A stretch of 64,000 bases of DNA from Parcubacteria group bacterium. GTDB taxonomy: Bacteria; Patescibacteriota; Minisyncoccia; Moranbacterales; GCA-2747515. Numbering within the stretch: position 1 is the first letter of the stretch; each line of letters starts with the position of its first letter. Under the pieces are notes generated by a model that was given only the letters and a program-made list of their open reading frames with translations, was not told the DNA's origin and made no database searches. Positions 29,435-38,839 of this stretch are shown here, piece after piece. Position numbers and translations under genes: made by a program. Location of the stretch: assembly GCA_041660065.1 (NCBI GenBank), contig JBAZXC010000001.1, forward strand, positions 72,535 to 136,534, given 5' to 3'.

Positions 29435-30580
29435 TTGTATTTTCGTATGAAAATCGCGATCGACATTCGTAATATTGGCAAAGGGCGCACCGGTGATGAA
29501 GTGGTGTTTTTTGAACTTGTGCGGCATCTCGCGCAGATCGATGCACAAAACGAGTATCATCTTTTGATCGATATGCGTGCAGATGATGCATTGCGTCGCA
29601 TTGAAACGCAATTGGACATCACGGGCAAAGAGAATTTCCAATTGGTTCCATGTGGAACGGGTAACAAATTTGTCTGGAACGCGATTACAGCGTCGCGATA
29701 TTGTCGCCGGAAGAAAATCGATATCTATCACACACAATATATCATTCCATTTTTTATGCCGTCATGGACAAAGATTGTGACGCATATCCATGATGTGTCA
29801 TTTTGTGCCCATAAAGAATTGATCAAAAAGAGTGATGCTTTTTTCTTGAATATCCTAATCCCCCGCGCGATCAAAAAATCGCATGCGGTGGTCGCTGTGT
29901 CGCAATTTACTAAAGACGAGATCGTGCGATATTATCATTGTCCGCAGGAGAAGGTGTGTGTCATACCCAATGCGGTGAGTATGTACTGTGATCCGCTTTT
30001 GCGCGCAGAGGATGTGCGTGCAAAATATCATGTGCCGGAGATGTTTATCATGGCGCTTGGGACAATGCAACCGCGCAAAAATATTTCTTTTCTTATTGAA
30101 GTGTTTGTCTCTCTTGCACAGGAGCGTGGCGATGTGTCTTTGGTTTTGGTGGGTAAAAAAGATCACAATTTTGATCTGATGATCCAACGTGTGCTTGGGA
30201 GTTATCCACAGGTCGCAGATCGTGTGATTTTTACCGGATATGTGTCGGATGCGGAAAAATGTTGTTTGTACAAAATGGCACGTGTTTTCGCTTTCCCGTC
30301 AATTTACGAGGGTTTTGGCATCCCAATCCTTGAGGCTTTTTCTGTCGGGACGCCGGTTGTTGCCAGTGATATTTTGCCACATAGAGAGGTGGCGGGAGAG
30401 GGCGCTTTGTACTGTGATCCACAGAGTATTGACCAATGGAAAAAAATGTTGTATGATGTTTTGGATAATGATAAAATGCGGAAAGATTTACAAAAAGGAT
30501 CACAAGAACAGATAATAAAATTTTCATGGAAAGAATCAGCTCAAAAACTCGTATCACTCTATAAGTCCCTTTGTGGATGA
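29435..30580 (+). CDS. glycosyltransferase family 1 (GT4-like)
   Basis: GT-B fold; FAFPSIYEGFGIPILEAF motif. Confidence 0.8.
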   Translation: MYFRMKIAIDIRNIGKGRTGDEVVFFELVRHLAQIDAQNEYHLLIDMRADDALRRIETQLDITGKENFQLVPCGTGNKFVWNAITASRYCRRKKIDIYHTQYIIPFFMPSWTKIVTHIHDVSFCAHKELIKKSDAFFLNILIPRAIKKSHAVVAVSQFTKDEIVRYYHCPQEKVCVIPNAVSMYCDPLLRAEDVRAKYHVPEMFIMALGTMQPRKNISFLIEVFVSLAQERGDVSLVLVGKKDHNFDLMIQRVLGSYPQVADRVIFTGYVSDAEKCCLYKMARVFAFPSIYEGFGIPILEAFSVGTPVVASDILPHREVAGEGALYCDPQSIDQWKKMLYDVLDNDKMRKDLQKGSQEQIIKFSWKESAQKLVSLYKSLCG

Positions 30581-30645
30581 TAATTATGATAAAGAATGGT
30601 TGGAGCACAAGGGGGATTTTTGTTTTATATAACTAATTTTAAGAT

Positions 30646-31824
30646 ATGATGAGAAACAACATGACGTCGCGACAATCTGTCGATAATAATCCTGTGGCAA
30701 AAAAGAGAAGCAAGAAAAAGGTTGTAATTGCTATAGCTGTTGCTGTGCTTTTATTAGGTGGGTGCGCATTCGCTGCAAACACAGTACTTAACAAGGTTGC
30801 GCCAAATAGCAATATTTTGAGGAGTTTGGTCAAAAATTTACCTTTGGTGGAAGATAGATTGGATGGCGAGTCTGATGGACGCATCAACATCGTTCTTTTA
30901 GGCATGCGTGGCAAAGGTGTCACGGGCGGGGGCACGCTTGCTGATACGATCATGGTGTTGAGTATTCGTATCGCAGAAAATGCAGAAGGAAATAAAGAAT
31001 ACAAAGCATCAATGATCTCAGTGCCACGTGATCTTTATGTGACGATTCCCGGCACAACAACCAACACGAAGATCAATGGTGTGTATGCATATGGAGAAGA
31101 GAAAGGAAAGGGTCGGGGCATGGAGGCGATGAAGCAGATATTGCAGGATATTTCCGGTCAGCCGATGCAATATGCAGTGGAAATCAATTTTGAAGGGTTC
31201 AAGCAGGTTGTTGATGCGCTTGGTGGCGTGGAAGTGAATCTCGCACAAGACTTTATCGAGCCGGTGCAATTTCATGAGGCTAAAGTGTGTGATCCAAATG
31301 TGTTTACGGTGAAAAGCGGACAATATGAGACAAAGATCGATAAGGATCATGGAGGTAAGATTGTAGCGCAATATCCGCTTTGTTACAATGCACATGAAGA
31401 ATGTGGTGGAGTGTTCAAGGTGCCGGCCGGCGTGTCTATTCTCGATGGAGAAAGAGCGTTATGTTATGTACGCGCACGCTATACATCCAGTGATTTTGAT
31501 CGCGCGCGTCGTCAGCAGGAAGTGATCGGTCAGATCAAACAGAAAGCTCTTTCTATGGGTGTATTGACTGATTTTGGCAAAGTACAAGGAATCTATAGTG
31601 CCTTGAGTGATAATGTCAATACGGATATGGAACTCTGGGAGATGCAACGATTTTTTGATCTGTATAAAAAGATGGGTGACGATGTGGTGATCACACACAA
31701 GGTCTTGGATAACTCGGAAGAAGGATTGTTATATTCTCATGAAGGCGATGAGCGTGGATACATTTTGATTCCGCGCGGTGATACATATGATCGCATCCGA
31801 GAATTATTTGCAAACATTATCTAG
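30646..31824 (+). CDS. LytR-CpsA-Psr (LCP) family cell-wall glycopolymer phosphotransferase
   Basis: N-terminal TM anchor; LCP core motifs (INIVLLGMRG ... DTIMVLSI ... SVPRDLYV). Confidence 0.8.
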   Translation: MMRNNMTSRQSVDNNPVAKKRSKKKVVIAIAVAVLLLGGCAFAANTVLNKVAPNSNILRSLVKNLPLVEDRLDGESDGRINIVLLGMRGKGVTGGGTLADTIMVLSIRIAENAEGNKEYKASMISVPRDLYVTIPGTTTNTKINGVYAYGEEKGKGRGMEAMKQILQDISGQPMQYAVEINFEGFKQVVDALGGVEVNLAQDFIEPVQFHEAKVCDPNVFTVKSGQYETKIDKDHGGKIVAQYPLCYNAHEECGGVFKVPAGVSILDGERALCYVRARYTSSDFDRARRQQEVIGQIKQKALSMGVLTDFGKVQGIYSALSDNVNTDMELWEMQRFFDLYKKMGDDVVITHKVLDNSEEGLLYSHEGDERGYILIPRGDTYDRIRELFANII

Positions 31825-31894
31825 GGAGTAGGTGGTGGGGAGTAGGTTGTAGAAAACAAGCATTCCACATCCTGCATTCTCTAGTCTAAATTTC

Positions 31895-32716
31895 ATGCCA
31901 AAAGTTTCTATTGCTGTACAAAGTTACAAAAATCCCGAGATGCTCTCGTTGTGTTTGCGTTCTGTTCGTGAACATTGCGCGCAGATCGATTACGAGCTTA
32001 TTGTTGCGGATTGTGCAACGGAAGAGGTGACGATCGCGATGATGCGTGAGGATTTCCCCGAGGCAACATTCATTCCGCATGAGGAGAATGTCGGTTTTGG
32101 TGCAATGGTCAATGCGTGTATTGATCATGCACAAGGAGAATATATTTTCTTTATCAACCCGGACACGATCTTGGAGACGGAAACTGTTCCGCGGCTGATC
32201 ACATTTATGGATGCGCATGCACAAGTTGCATTGTGTGGTCCGCGACAAAAGAATTTCAATGGAAAAATAGAAAATACACGGTTTCGGTTTTATCAACCGA
32301 TGACGATCGTTTATCGGCGTACGTTTCTCAAAAAGTTTGCATTTGCCAAAAAACATCTTGCACACTTTGAGATGAAAGATGTTGAGCGAAATGAACCATA
32401 TCCTGTGGAATGGGTGATTGGCAGTGCGATGTTCGTGCGTCGCAGTGCGATGGAAGAGGTTGGCAAGATGGACTCGCGGTTTTTTATGTATATGGAGGAT
32501 GTGGATTGGTGTCGACGATTTTGGGAGAAGGGGTATGTCGTGTGCTATAATCCACAAGTGACGATGTATCATTTCTATGGTAAGGGTAGTGCAAAAGGCG
32601 GATTTTTTAGAGGATTGCTTTTTAATCGCTTGACGTGGATTCATATCGCAAGTGGGATCAAATATTTTCGTAAATATCGCAATCGTCCGTTACCGGATAT
32701 TGCACAAAAAATTTAA
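31895..32716 (+). CDS. glycosyltransferase family 2
   Basis: GT-A fold, DxD context (IFFINPDT). Confidence 0.8.
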   Translation: MPKVSIAVQSYKNPEMLSLCLRSVREHCAQIDYELIVADCATEEVTIAMMREDFPEATFIPHEENVGFGAMVNACIDHAQGEYIFFINPDTILETETVPRLITFMDAHAQVALCGPRQKNFNGKIENTRFRFYQPMTIVYRRTFLKKFAFAKKHLAHFEMKDVERNEPYPVEWVIGSAMFVRRSAMEEVGKMDSRFFMYMEDVDWCRRFWEKGYVVCYNPQVTMYHFYGKGSAKGGFFRGLLFNRLTWIHIASGIKYFRKYRNRPLPDIAQKI

Positions 32717-32727
32717 CAAAAAAATTC

Positions 32728-34017
32728 ATGAATGAAGAAATAATCATTGGGGCTGAAAAGGATGTAAAAAAACAAAACAAAATCATTATGCGTGTCATGA
32801 CAATTTTTGTTGCGTTGTTTTTTTCTGCGATCTTTTTTATTTTTGGATATGGAGTTGGGCGTGATCATCGCGTGAAGGATGTGCCATTTGATTTTGCCAC
32901 GATAGAAAATAAAACAGGCGAGGAAAGTGTTGATTTCTCGTTGTTTTGGGATGTGTGGGATCTTGTAAGGGAAAAATACGTCGATCATGACAATCTTAAA
33001 GCGCAAGATATGATCTATGGTGCGATCAACGGTATGCTTGCGGCAACAGGTGATCCGTACACAGTATTCCTCAATCCGGAAGATAATGCGGCACTTAATG
33101 AAGAATTAAGTGGTAGCTTTGAGGGCATTGGTGCGGAAGTGGGCATAAAGGATAGTATTGTGACGATTGTGGCACCGCTGGAAGATTCACCGGCACAAAA
33201 AGCGGGACTTCGCGCGGGAGATAAGATTGTGGAAATTGAGGGACAGACGACAGCGGAGATGACGATCGATGATGCGGTAAAACTGATGCGTGGACCAAAA
33301 GGTACAGAATTACATCTTAAAATTTTCCGCGTGGGTGATGGAAATAACACGGATACACAGGACATTGTTGTTGTGCGCGATACAATTCATCTCGACAGCG
33401 TGCGTGTGGATTTCTTGGAAAATGACAGTATTGCACATATCAAGATCTTGCAATTTGGGGATGATACGATCCGTGAGTTCAATCAGGTCGTTTCCGATGT
33501 GATGAATAAGCATGTGAGCGGCATCATTGTGGACGTGCGTAATGATCCCGGAGGAATTCTTCATACAGCTACGGTGGTTGCGAGCAAGTTTTTGCCAAGT
33601 AACGCCGTTGTGGTGATCGAGGAGGATGCACAGGACAAGCGTACCAATCTCTACACAACAGGGGCGCATCCTTTTTTGGATGTGCCGGTAGTCGTGCTTA
33701 TCAATGAGGGGAGCGCAAGCGCATCGGAAATTTTAGCTGGAGCATTGCGTGATAATCGCAGTGATGTCGTTTTGGTTGGAAAGAAATCGTTTGGCAAAGG
33801 ATCTGTTCAAGAGTTGATCCCGACAAGTGATACGACAGCGGCAAAGATCACTGTGGCAAAGTGGCTTACACCAAAGGGTGACCAAATAAATCAAAAGGGC
33901 ATTACGCCTGATGAAGTAGTTGAATATACAGAAGAGGATTATAAGAATGATCGGGATCCGCAACTCGATAAGGCGATCGAGATCATGAAAATAAAAATTC
34001 AGCAAACAAAAAGGTAG
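32728..34017 (+). CDS. ctpA: carboxyl-terminal processing protease (S41) with PDZ domain
   Basis: PDZ segment (AGLRAGDKIVEIEG) and S41 catalytic region (GSASASEILAGAL); N-terminal TM anchor. Confidence 0.85.
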   Translation: MNEEIIIGAEKDVKKQNKIIMRVMTIFVALFFSAIFFIFGYGVGRDHRVKDVPFDFATIENKTGEESVDFSLFWDVWDLVREKYVDHDNLKAQDMIYGAINGMLAATGDPYTVFLNPEDNAALNEELSGSFEGIGAEVGIKDSIVTIVAPLEDSPAQKAGLRAGDKIVEIEGQTTAEMTIDDAVKLMRGPKGTELHLKIFRVGDGNNTDTQDIVVVRDTIHLDSVRVDFLENDSIAHIKILQFGDDTIREFNQVVSDVMNKHVSGIIVDVRNDPGGILHTATVVASKFLPSNAVVVIEEDAQDKRTNLYTTGAHPFLDVPVVVLINEGSASASEILAGALRDNRSDVVLVGKKSFGKGSVQELIPTSDTTAAKITVAKWLTPKGDQINQKGITPDEVVEYTEEDYKNDRDPQLDKAIEIMKIKIQQTKR

Positions 34018-34069
34018 GTGTGTACAAAGGTGATTTTTTCTGCAGATATTCGAAATAATGTTTTGGTGA

Positions 34070-34096
34070 TTAGCACTGTACTTGACCGAGTGCTAA
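34070..34096 (+). promoter_or_regulatory. CIRCE operator (HrcA binding site) upstream of groES
   Basis: TTAGCACTG-N9-GAGTGCTAA, one mismatch from the CIRCE consensus TTAGCACTC-N9-GAGTGCTAA; immediately followed by TGATATAAT (extended -10). Confidence 0.75.
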
Positions 34097-34154
34097 TTAT
34101 TGATATAATGAGAGAGGATCATACGTAAAATGTTATCAGTAAATTGTAAATACT

Positions 34155-34427
34155 ATGAGTACGAAAATTACACCACTTGGTGAGAATGTTTTGATCAAAA
34201 TGGCCACGCCAGAAACAAAAACAGCATCGGGAATTTTTATTCCGGAATCGGTAAAAAATGAACGATCGCAAAAAGGTACTGTAATTGCAGTGGGAGAAAG
34301 CAAAAAGATCACAGTAAAAAAAGGACAGGTTGTCATGTTCAAAAAATATGGTGGCGAAGAAATAACTGTTGATGGGGTGGATCATGTAATCGTGAAGGCA
34401 GAAGAAATCATCGCAGTTGTAGCATAA
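34155..34427 (+). CDS. groS: co-chaperonin GroES
   Basis: 90 aa, canonical Cpn10 sequence (ITPLGENVLIK ... GIFIPES ... GTVIAVGE). Confidence 0.9.
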   Translation: MSTKITPLGENVLIKMATPETKTASGIFIPESVKNERSQKGTVIAVGESKKITVKKGQVVMFKKYGGEEITVDGVDHVIVKAEEIIAVVA

Positions 34428-34451
34428 ACAACATATGACAGAAAACCCGAA

Positions 34452-34478
34452 TACATGTATTCGGGTTTTGATGTGTAA
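34452..34478 (+). terminator. rho-independent terminator after groES
   Basis: AAACCCGAATACA-TGTATTCGGGTTTT, perfect palindrome followed by T's. Confidence 0.7.
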
Positions 34479-34707
34479 ATTCAATATTAAACAGTTGCAT
34501 TGTAAAAAATCTGTGATTGTTTAAGCAGTTTTTGTTATATGGATGTAAAAAACAGTGGGTGTACAATATTTGCATAGAGGGCTAAAACGTGGTATGATAA
34601 TCACGTTTTATGAATTAATCTATATTATATCTACAAAAACCGCGTAGTCTTGGACATGTAGGATAGGAGCGGTGTATGCGGATGATTTTTAAGAGACACA
34701 AAAAAAT

Positions 34708-35310
34708 ATGATTGAACAAAAGGAGCAGGAAAGCATGAAAGATTTTATCATCGAAGTGGTCAAGATGTTTTTTTTGGCACTTGTGATCATTGTGCCGGTG
34801 CGCATGTTTCTCGTACAGCCGTTTATCGTGCGTGGAGCAAGTATGGAGCCGAATTTCCATGAAAAGGAATATTTGATCATCAATGAATTTGGTTATAAAA
34901 ATACACCAATCAATATTTTGGGAAAAGAGATCGTGACGGTAAAGCCACATAAAGACTTTGATCGTTTGGATGTGATCGTCTTTCGCGCACCACACGATGA
35001 GAAACAATTTTATATCAAGCGCGTTGTAGGGTTGCCGGGTGAGACGGTTTTGGTTGATAATGGTGATGTAACAATTATTAATGTGGAACATCCGGAGGGA
35101 TTTACTCTTTCTGAGGGAGCATATCTTCCGGAAGGACGAAAAACAAATGGTTCGCAGAAAGTCGTTTTGAAAGAAAATGAATATTATGTATTGGGAGATA
35201 ATCGCCCGGCAAGTAGTGATTCGCGTGTTTTTGGTCCGCTTAATAAGGATGCAATAATCGGCAGAGTATTACTTCGCGCATGGCCGGTCAGCCAAATTAC
35301 GATGTTTTAA
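34708..35310 (+). CDS. lepB: signal peptidase I
   Basis: S26 motifs GASMEP, KRVVGLPGE, GDNR..S.DSR. Confidence 0.85.
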   Translation: MIEQKEQESMKDFIIEVVKMFFLALVIIVPVRMFLVQPFIVRGASMEPNFHEKEYLIINEFGYKNTPINILGKEIVTVKPHKDFDRLDVIVFRAPHDEKQFYIKRVVGLPGETVLVDNGDVTIINVEHPEGFTLSEGAYLPEGRKTNGSQKVVLKENEYYVLGDNRPASSDSRVFGPLNKDAIIGRVLLRAWPVSQITMF

Positions 35311-35373
35311 ATGCGGTGACACAAAAAATACAAAGTATCACATAGTTTCTAAAATCATTTATTTATAATAATT

Positions 35374-36732
35374 ATGACTCGACAAGTATCGGCAAAAAAG
35401 ACGGTAAAAAAACGCGAAACAACAAAGGCGGAAGAGCAATTGGTGTTGCAAACAGTGCGCGGCATGCGTGATATTTTGCCCGGAGACCAGCCATATTGGC
35501 AGCAAATCAGGAAAGTGTTGGAAAAGCGATCGATCGAGTACGGGTTTTCTCGTATTGATACGCCGTTGGTGGAGTTTGAAAACATTTTTACACGTCCGAT
35601 CGGTGAGGGTACGGATATTGTCGATAAGGAGATGTACACATTTCGTACGAAGGGTGGAGATCAGGTGTCGTTGCGTCCGGAATTGACGGCGTCGATCTGT
35701 CGCGCATACATTCAGCACGGCATGTCTATTTTGCCAAAACCAATCAAGTTGTTTTCTCTGGGACCGGTATATCGATATGATCGACCGCAAGAGGGGCGAT
35801 ATCGTGAATTTTATCAAACAGAGTTTGATATTTTTGGAGAGATTGATCCGATCTTGGATGCACAGGTGATGCAAATCGCACACCGTGTTCTCAAGAGTCT
35901 TGGCATCAACAATGTGCAATTTAGTGTGAATTCTATCGGAACAGTAGAGTCACGCAAAGAATATTTGCGTTTGCTCAAGGCGTATTTTCGATCAAAAAAA
36001 GCCAAGCTTCCGACGCGATTTCGTGATATGATCGAAACAAATCCATTGCGCATTTTTGATGCAAAAGATGATAAATGTATGCAGGTATGTGCTGGTGCAC
36101 CACAGGCGATTGATCATTTGGACAAAGAATCACGTGATCATTTCAAGCATTTATTGGAATATTTGGATGAACTGGATCTGCCATACACTATTGATCCGCA
36201 ATTGGTGCGGGGGTTGGATTATTATACGCGAACAGTTTTCGAAATTTATGCAAATGACGGTGAAGGTAAGCGCCATGCTCTTGGGGGTGGCGGACGATTT
36301 GATGGTTTGATCGATTTGTTTGGTGGAGAATCGACGCCGGCAATTGGTTTTGCTTTTGGTATTGATCGATTAATCATGGAGATGAAACGTGTAAAAGCAA
36401 AAAAGTATCAAACGCCTCAGCCGCATGTCTTTATGGCGCAATTGGGTGATTTGGCAAAGAAAAAAAGCCTTAAATTGTTTGCAGAGATCGAACAGGCAGG
36501 CATTCTGGTTGCGGAAAGTTTTGGACGCGGCAGTCTCAAGACGCAATTGCGTCATGCGGGGAAATTGGGTGTGGATCTTACATTGATCATCGGGCAGCAG
36601 GAGGCATTGGACGAGACTGTCATTGTCAAAAATATGATGACAGGGACACAAGAGACGGTTTCTCAAAAGAAGATCGTTAATTTTGTCAAAAAGAATTTGA
36701 AAGAATCTGCAAAACTTGTAAAATCAAGGTAA
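35374..36732 (+). CDS. hisS: histidine--tRNA ligase
   Basis: Class II aaRS HisRS motifs (GMRDILP ... FRPEL). Confidence 0.9.
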   Translation: MTRQVSAKKTVKKRETTKAEEQLVLQTVRGMRDILPGDQPYWQQIRKVLEKRSIEYGFSRIDTPLVEFENIFTRPIGEGTDIVDKEMYTFRTKGGDQVSLRPELTASICRAYIQHGMSILPKPIKLFSLGPVYRYDRPQEGRYREFYQTEFDIFGEIDPILDAQVMQIAHRVLKSLGINNVQFSVNSIGTVESRKEYLRLLKAYFRSKKAKLPTRFRDMIETNPLRIFDAKDDKCMQVCAGAPQAIDHLDKESRDHFKHLLEYLDELDLPYTIDPQLVRGLDYYTRTVFEIYANDGEGKRHALGGGGRFDGLIDLFGGESTPAIGFAFGIDRLIMEMKRVKAKKYQTPQPHVFMAQLGDLAKKKSLKLFAEIEQAGILVAESFGRGSLKTQLRHAGKLGVDLTLIIGQQEALDETVIVKNMMTGTQETVSQKKIVNFVKKNLKESAKLVKSR

Positions 36733-36742
36733 TCATGGTACC

Positions 36743-37096
36743 ATGGAAGACTGTATTTTTTGTAAAATTGCACATAAGGATATTCCCACAAAATTTTTGT
36801 ATGAGTCGGAGCGTGTTGTGGCATTTCGGGATACTCATCCGATTGCGCCGGTGCATGTTTTGGTCATACCAAAAAGGCATATTCCTTCAATGAATGATGT
36901 GACCAAGGATAATGCGGAATTATTGGGGGAATTATTGCTTGTCGTACAAAGTGTTGCAAAAGATCTGGATATTGCACAAAGTGGATATAAAACACTTATC
37001 CGCACAGGGAAGCACGGTGGACAAGAAGTGCCCCATATCCATGTGCATCTCATTGGCGGTGCGCGACTATCGGAAAATATTCGTCCGATTGCGTAA
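36743..37096 (+). CDS. HIT family protein (HinT-like)
   Basis: CIFCKI N-terminus and HIHVHLIGG histidine triad. Confidence 0.8.
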   Translation: MEDCIFCKIAHKDIPTKFLYESERVVAFRDTHPIAPVHVLVIPKRHIPSMNDVTKDNAELLGELLLVVQSVAKDLDIAQSGYKTLIRTGKHGGQEVPHIHVHLIGGARLSENIRPIA

Positions 37097-37185
37097 AAGT
37101 GATGACGTAGAGCAAATTCAACACAGCGTTTGTTCTATCGTCCACATTTTTGTGGAGGCATTAGTAGAAAGGAGAGTGACCTTAT

Positions 37186-37441
37186 GGTTTACGTATACAA
37201 GAAAAATGATCGTGAAACAACTGAAAATTTGATTAAACGCTTTACGCGACGTGTGCAGCAAAGCGGTGTTTTGATGCATGTGCGAAGGAACCGTTTTGCT
37301 TCTGATGAAAAAAGCAAGATCGAACGCCGACAAGAAGCATTGTATAAGAATAAGATGCGTAAAGAAGTTGGAAAACTTAAAAAACTTGGACGTTTTGACG
37401 AAGATTCTTTTAAAGAATTGAAGAAAAAAATTAAAGGTTAA
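37186..37441 (+). CDS. rpsU: 30S ribosomal protein S21
   Basis: S21-like basic pattern (LIKRFTRRVQQSGVL.HVRRNRF); AAGGAGAG RBS upstream. Start trimmed relative to ORF-track start 37130. Confidence 0.65.
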
Positions 37442-37530
37442 AAAAGACGTCGTGGTGTTTCATGCACAAAATATTTTTGTGCATGTATACAGATTATGTC
37501 TTGAATATATATAAAATTTAAAAAAAGCAT

Positions 37531-37983
37531 ATGTTGCTACGCAAACAAATCCTTGAAGATCTCAAAACTGCGATGAAAAATGGAGAAACCGATATTCGTG
37601 ATACATTGCGCGTTATCGATAGTATGATCAAAAATGAAGAAATCGCACAAAAGAAACGAGAGGATGGTTTGGATGATGCAAATACGATTGCGATTGTAAA
37701 GCGTGCAATCAAGCAAAGAAAAGATAGTGCGCAACAATTCCGCCAAGGTGGCAGAGAGGATCTTGCGCAAAAAGAAGAACGCGAGATCGCGATCGTTGAA
37801 AAATATTTGCCACTGCAGATGGGTGAAGAAGAGGTGCGTGTAGTCGTCAAGAAGATCATTGAAACCGTTGGTGCGTCTTCAAAGGCCGATATGGGTAAAG
37901 TGATGGGGCCAGTGATGAAAGAAATTGGCGATACGGCAGATGGTGCTGTCGTGCGAACAATCGTGGAAGAATTTTTGTCATAA
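37531..37983 (+). CDS. GatB/YqeY domain protein
   Basis: Full-length YqeY-like sequence (~150 aa). Confidence 0.8.
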   Translation: MLLRKQILEDLKTAMKNGETDIRDTLRVIDSMIKNEEIAQKKREDGLDDANTIAIVKRAIKQRKDSAQQFRQGGREDLAQKEEREIAIVEKYLPLQMGEEEVRVVVKKIIETVGASSKADMGKVMGPVMKEIGDTADGAVVRTIVEEFLS

Positions 37984-37997
37984 GCAGCAGTTGTTTT

Positions 37998-38465
37998 ATG
38001 GGAATCAAAGTCGAACTTAACGCTGGTGAATATACACGTTGCTATAGTCGGAAATTATTGCAATGCATTGCACGTAAGACGGTTGATGCATCACAGAAAG
38101 TGAATAGCAAACTCAAAAATATCACTATTAGTGTTGCAATTGTAGATGAAGATGAAATTCAGCGTGTCAATAGAGAATTTCGTGGTAAAGATCGTGTAAC
38201 GGACGTGATTTCTGTCGGAGATTATAGCGATGATCGTGATATAACATCAGAAAGGGAAAAAGAGATTTTTCTCGGGGAGGTGATTTTGTGCTATAATTAC
38301 ATTATTAGATCTGCGCAAGAGAACGGTGTTTCTGCAGATGAGGAGTTTTTTTCTGTCTATACACATGGTATACTACATTTACTCGGTTTTGTGCATGGAA
38401 AAAAGATGTTTCTATTGCAGGATGCGATTGTGGGAGATGTTAACTCATGTTTAGTGTCTTTATGA
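37998..38465 (+). CDS. ybeY: rRNA maturation endoribonuclease YbeY
   Basis: H..HGxLHLxGxxH zinc motif (HGILHLLGFVH). Confidence 0.8.
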   Translation: MGIKVELNAGEYTRCYSRKLLQCIARKTVDASQKVNSKLKNITISVAIVDEDEIQRVNREFRGKDRVTDVISVGDYSDDRDITSEREKEIFLGEVILCYNYIIRSAQENGVSADEEFFSVYTHGILHLLGFVHGKKMFLLQDAIVGDVNSCLVSL

Positions 38466-38827
38466 AAGGATATACAATTGTAGGGAGTATAAAAGCCGCT
38501 ATGCGAGGATTGATTTATGCCTTTCAACGTGAAAGGAATTTCCGTGTAGAAACATATGTTGCTGTGGTTATTATTGGTGCGCTTTTTGGCTTGCATGCGT
38601 CATTGATACATTCAACAATTATTGTCACAATGATTTTTTTGGTTTTTATGATAGAATTGATGAATACTGCTATCGAGCGTGTTGTGGATATTTTAAAACC
38701 GCAGAAACATCCATATGCGGGTGTAATTAAAGACGTGTCAGCTGCCTCCGTGCTTGTTCTCAGTATTGGTGCAAGTATCGTTGGCGTTATGATCTTTGTG
38801 CCACTGATTATTGCGGCAATAAAGTAA
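38447..38827 (+). CDS. dgkA: diacylglycerol/undecaprenol kinase (DgkA family)
   Basis: Three-TM small kinase with E.LNTAIE..VD motif. Confidence 0.7.
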   Translation: MFSVFMKGYTIVGSIKAAMRGLIYAFQRERNFRVETYVAVVIIGALFGLHASLIHSTIIVTMIFLVFMIELMNTAIERVVDILKPQKHPYAGVIKDVSAASVLVLSIGASIVGVMIFVPLIIAAIK

Positions 38828-38839
38828 AAAAACAGTATT

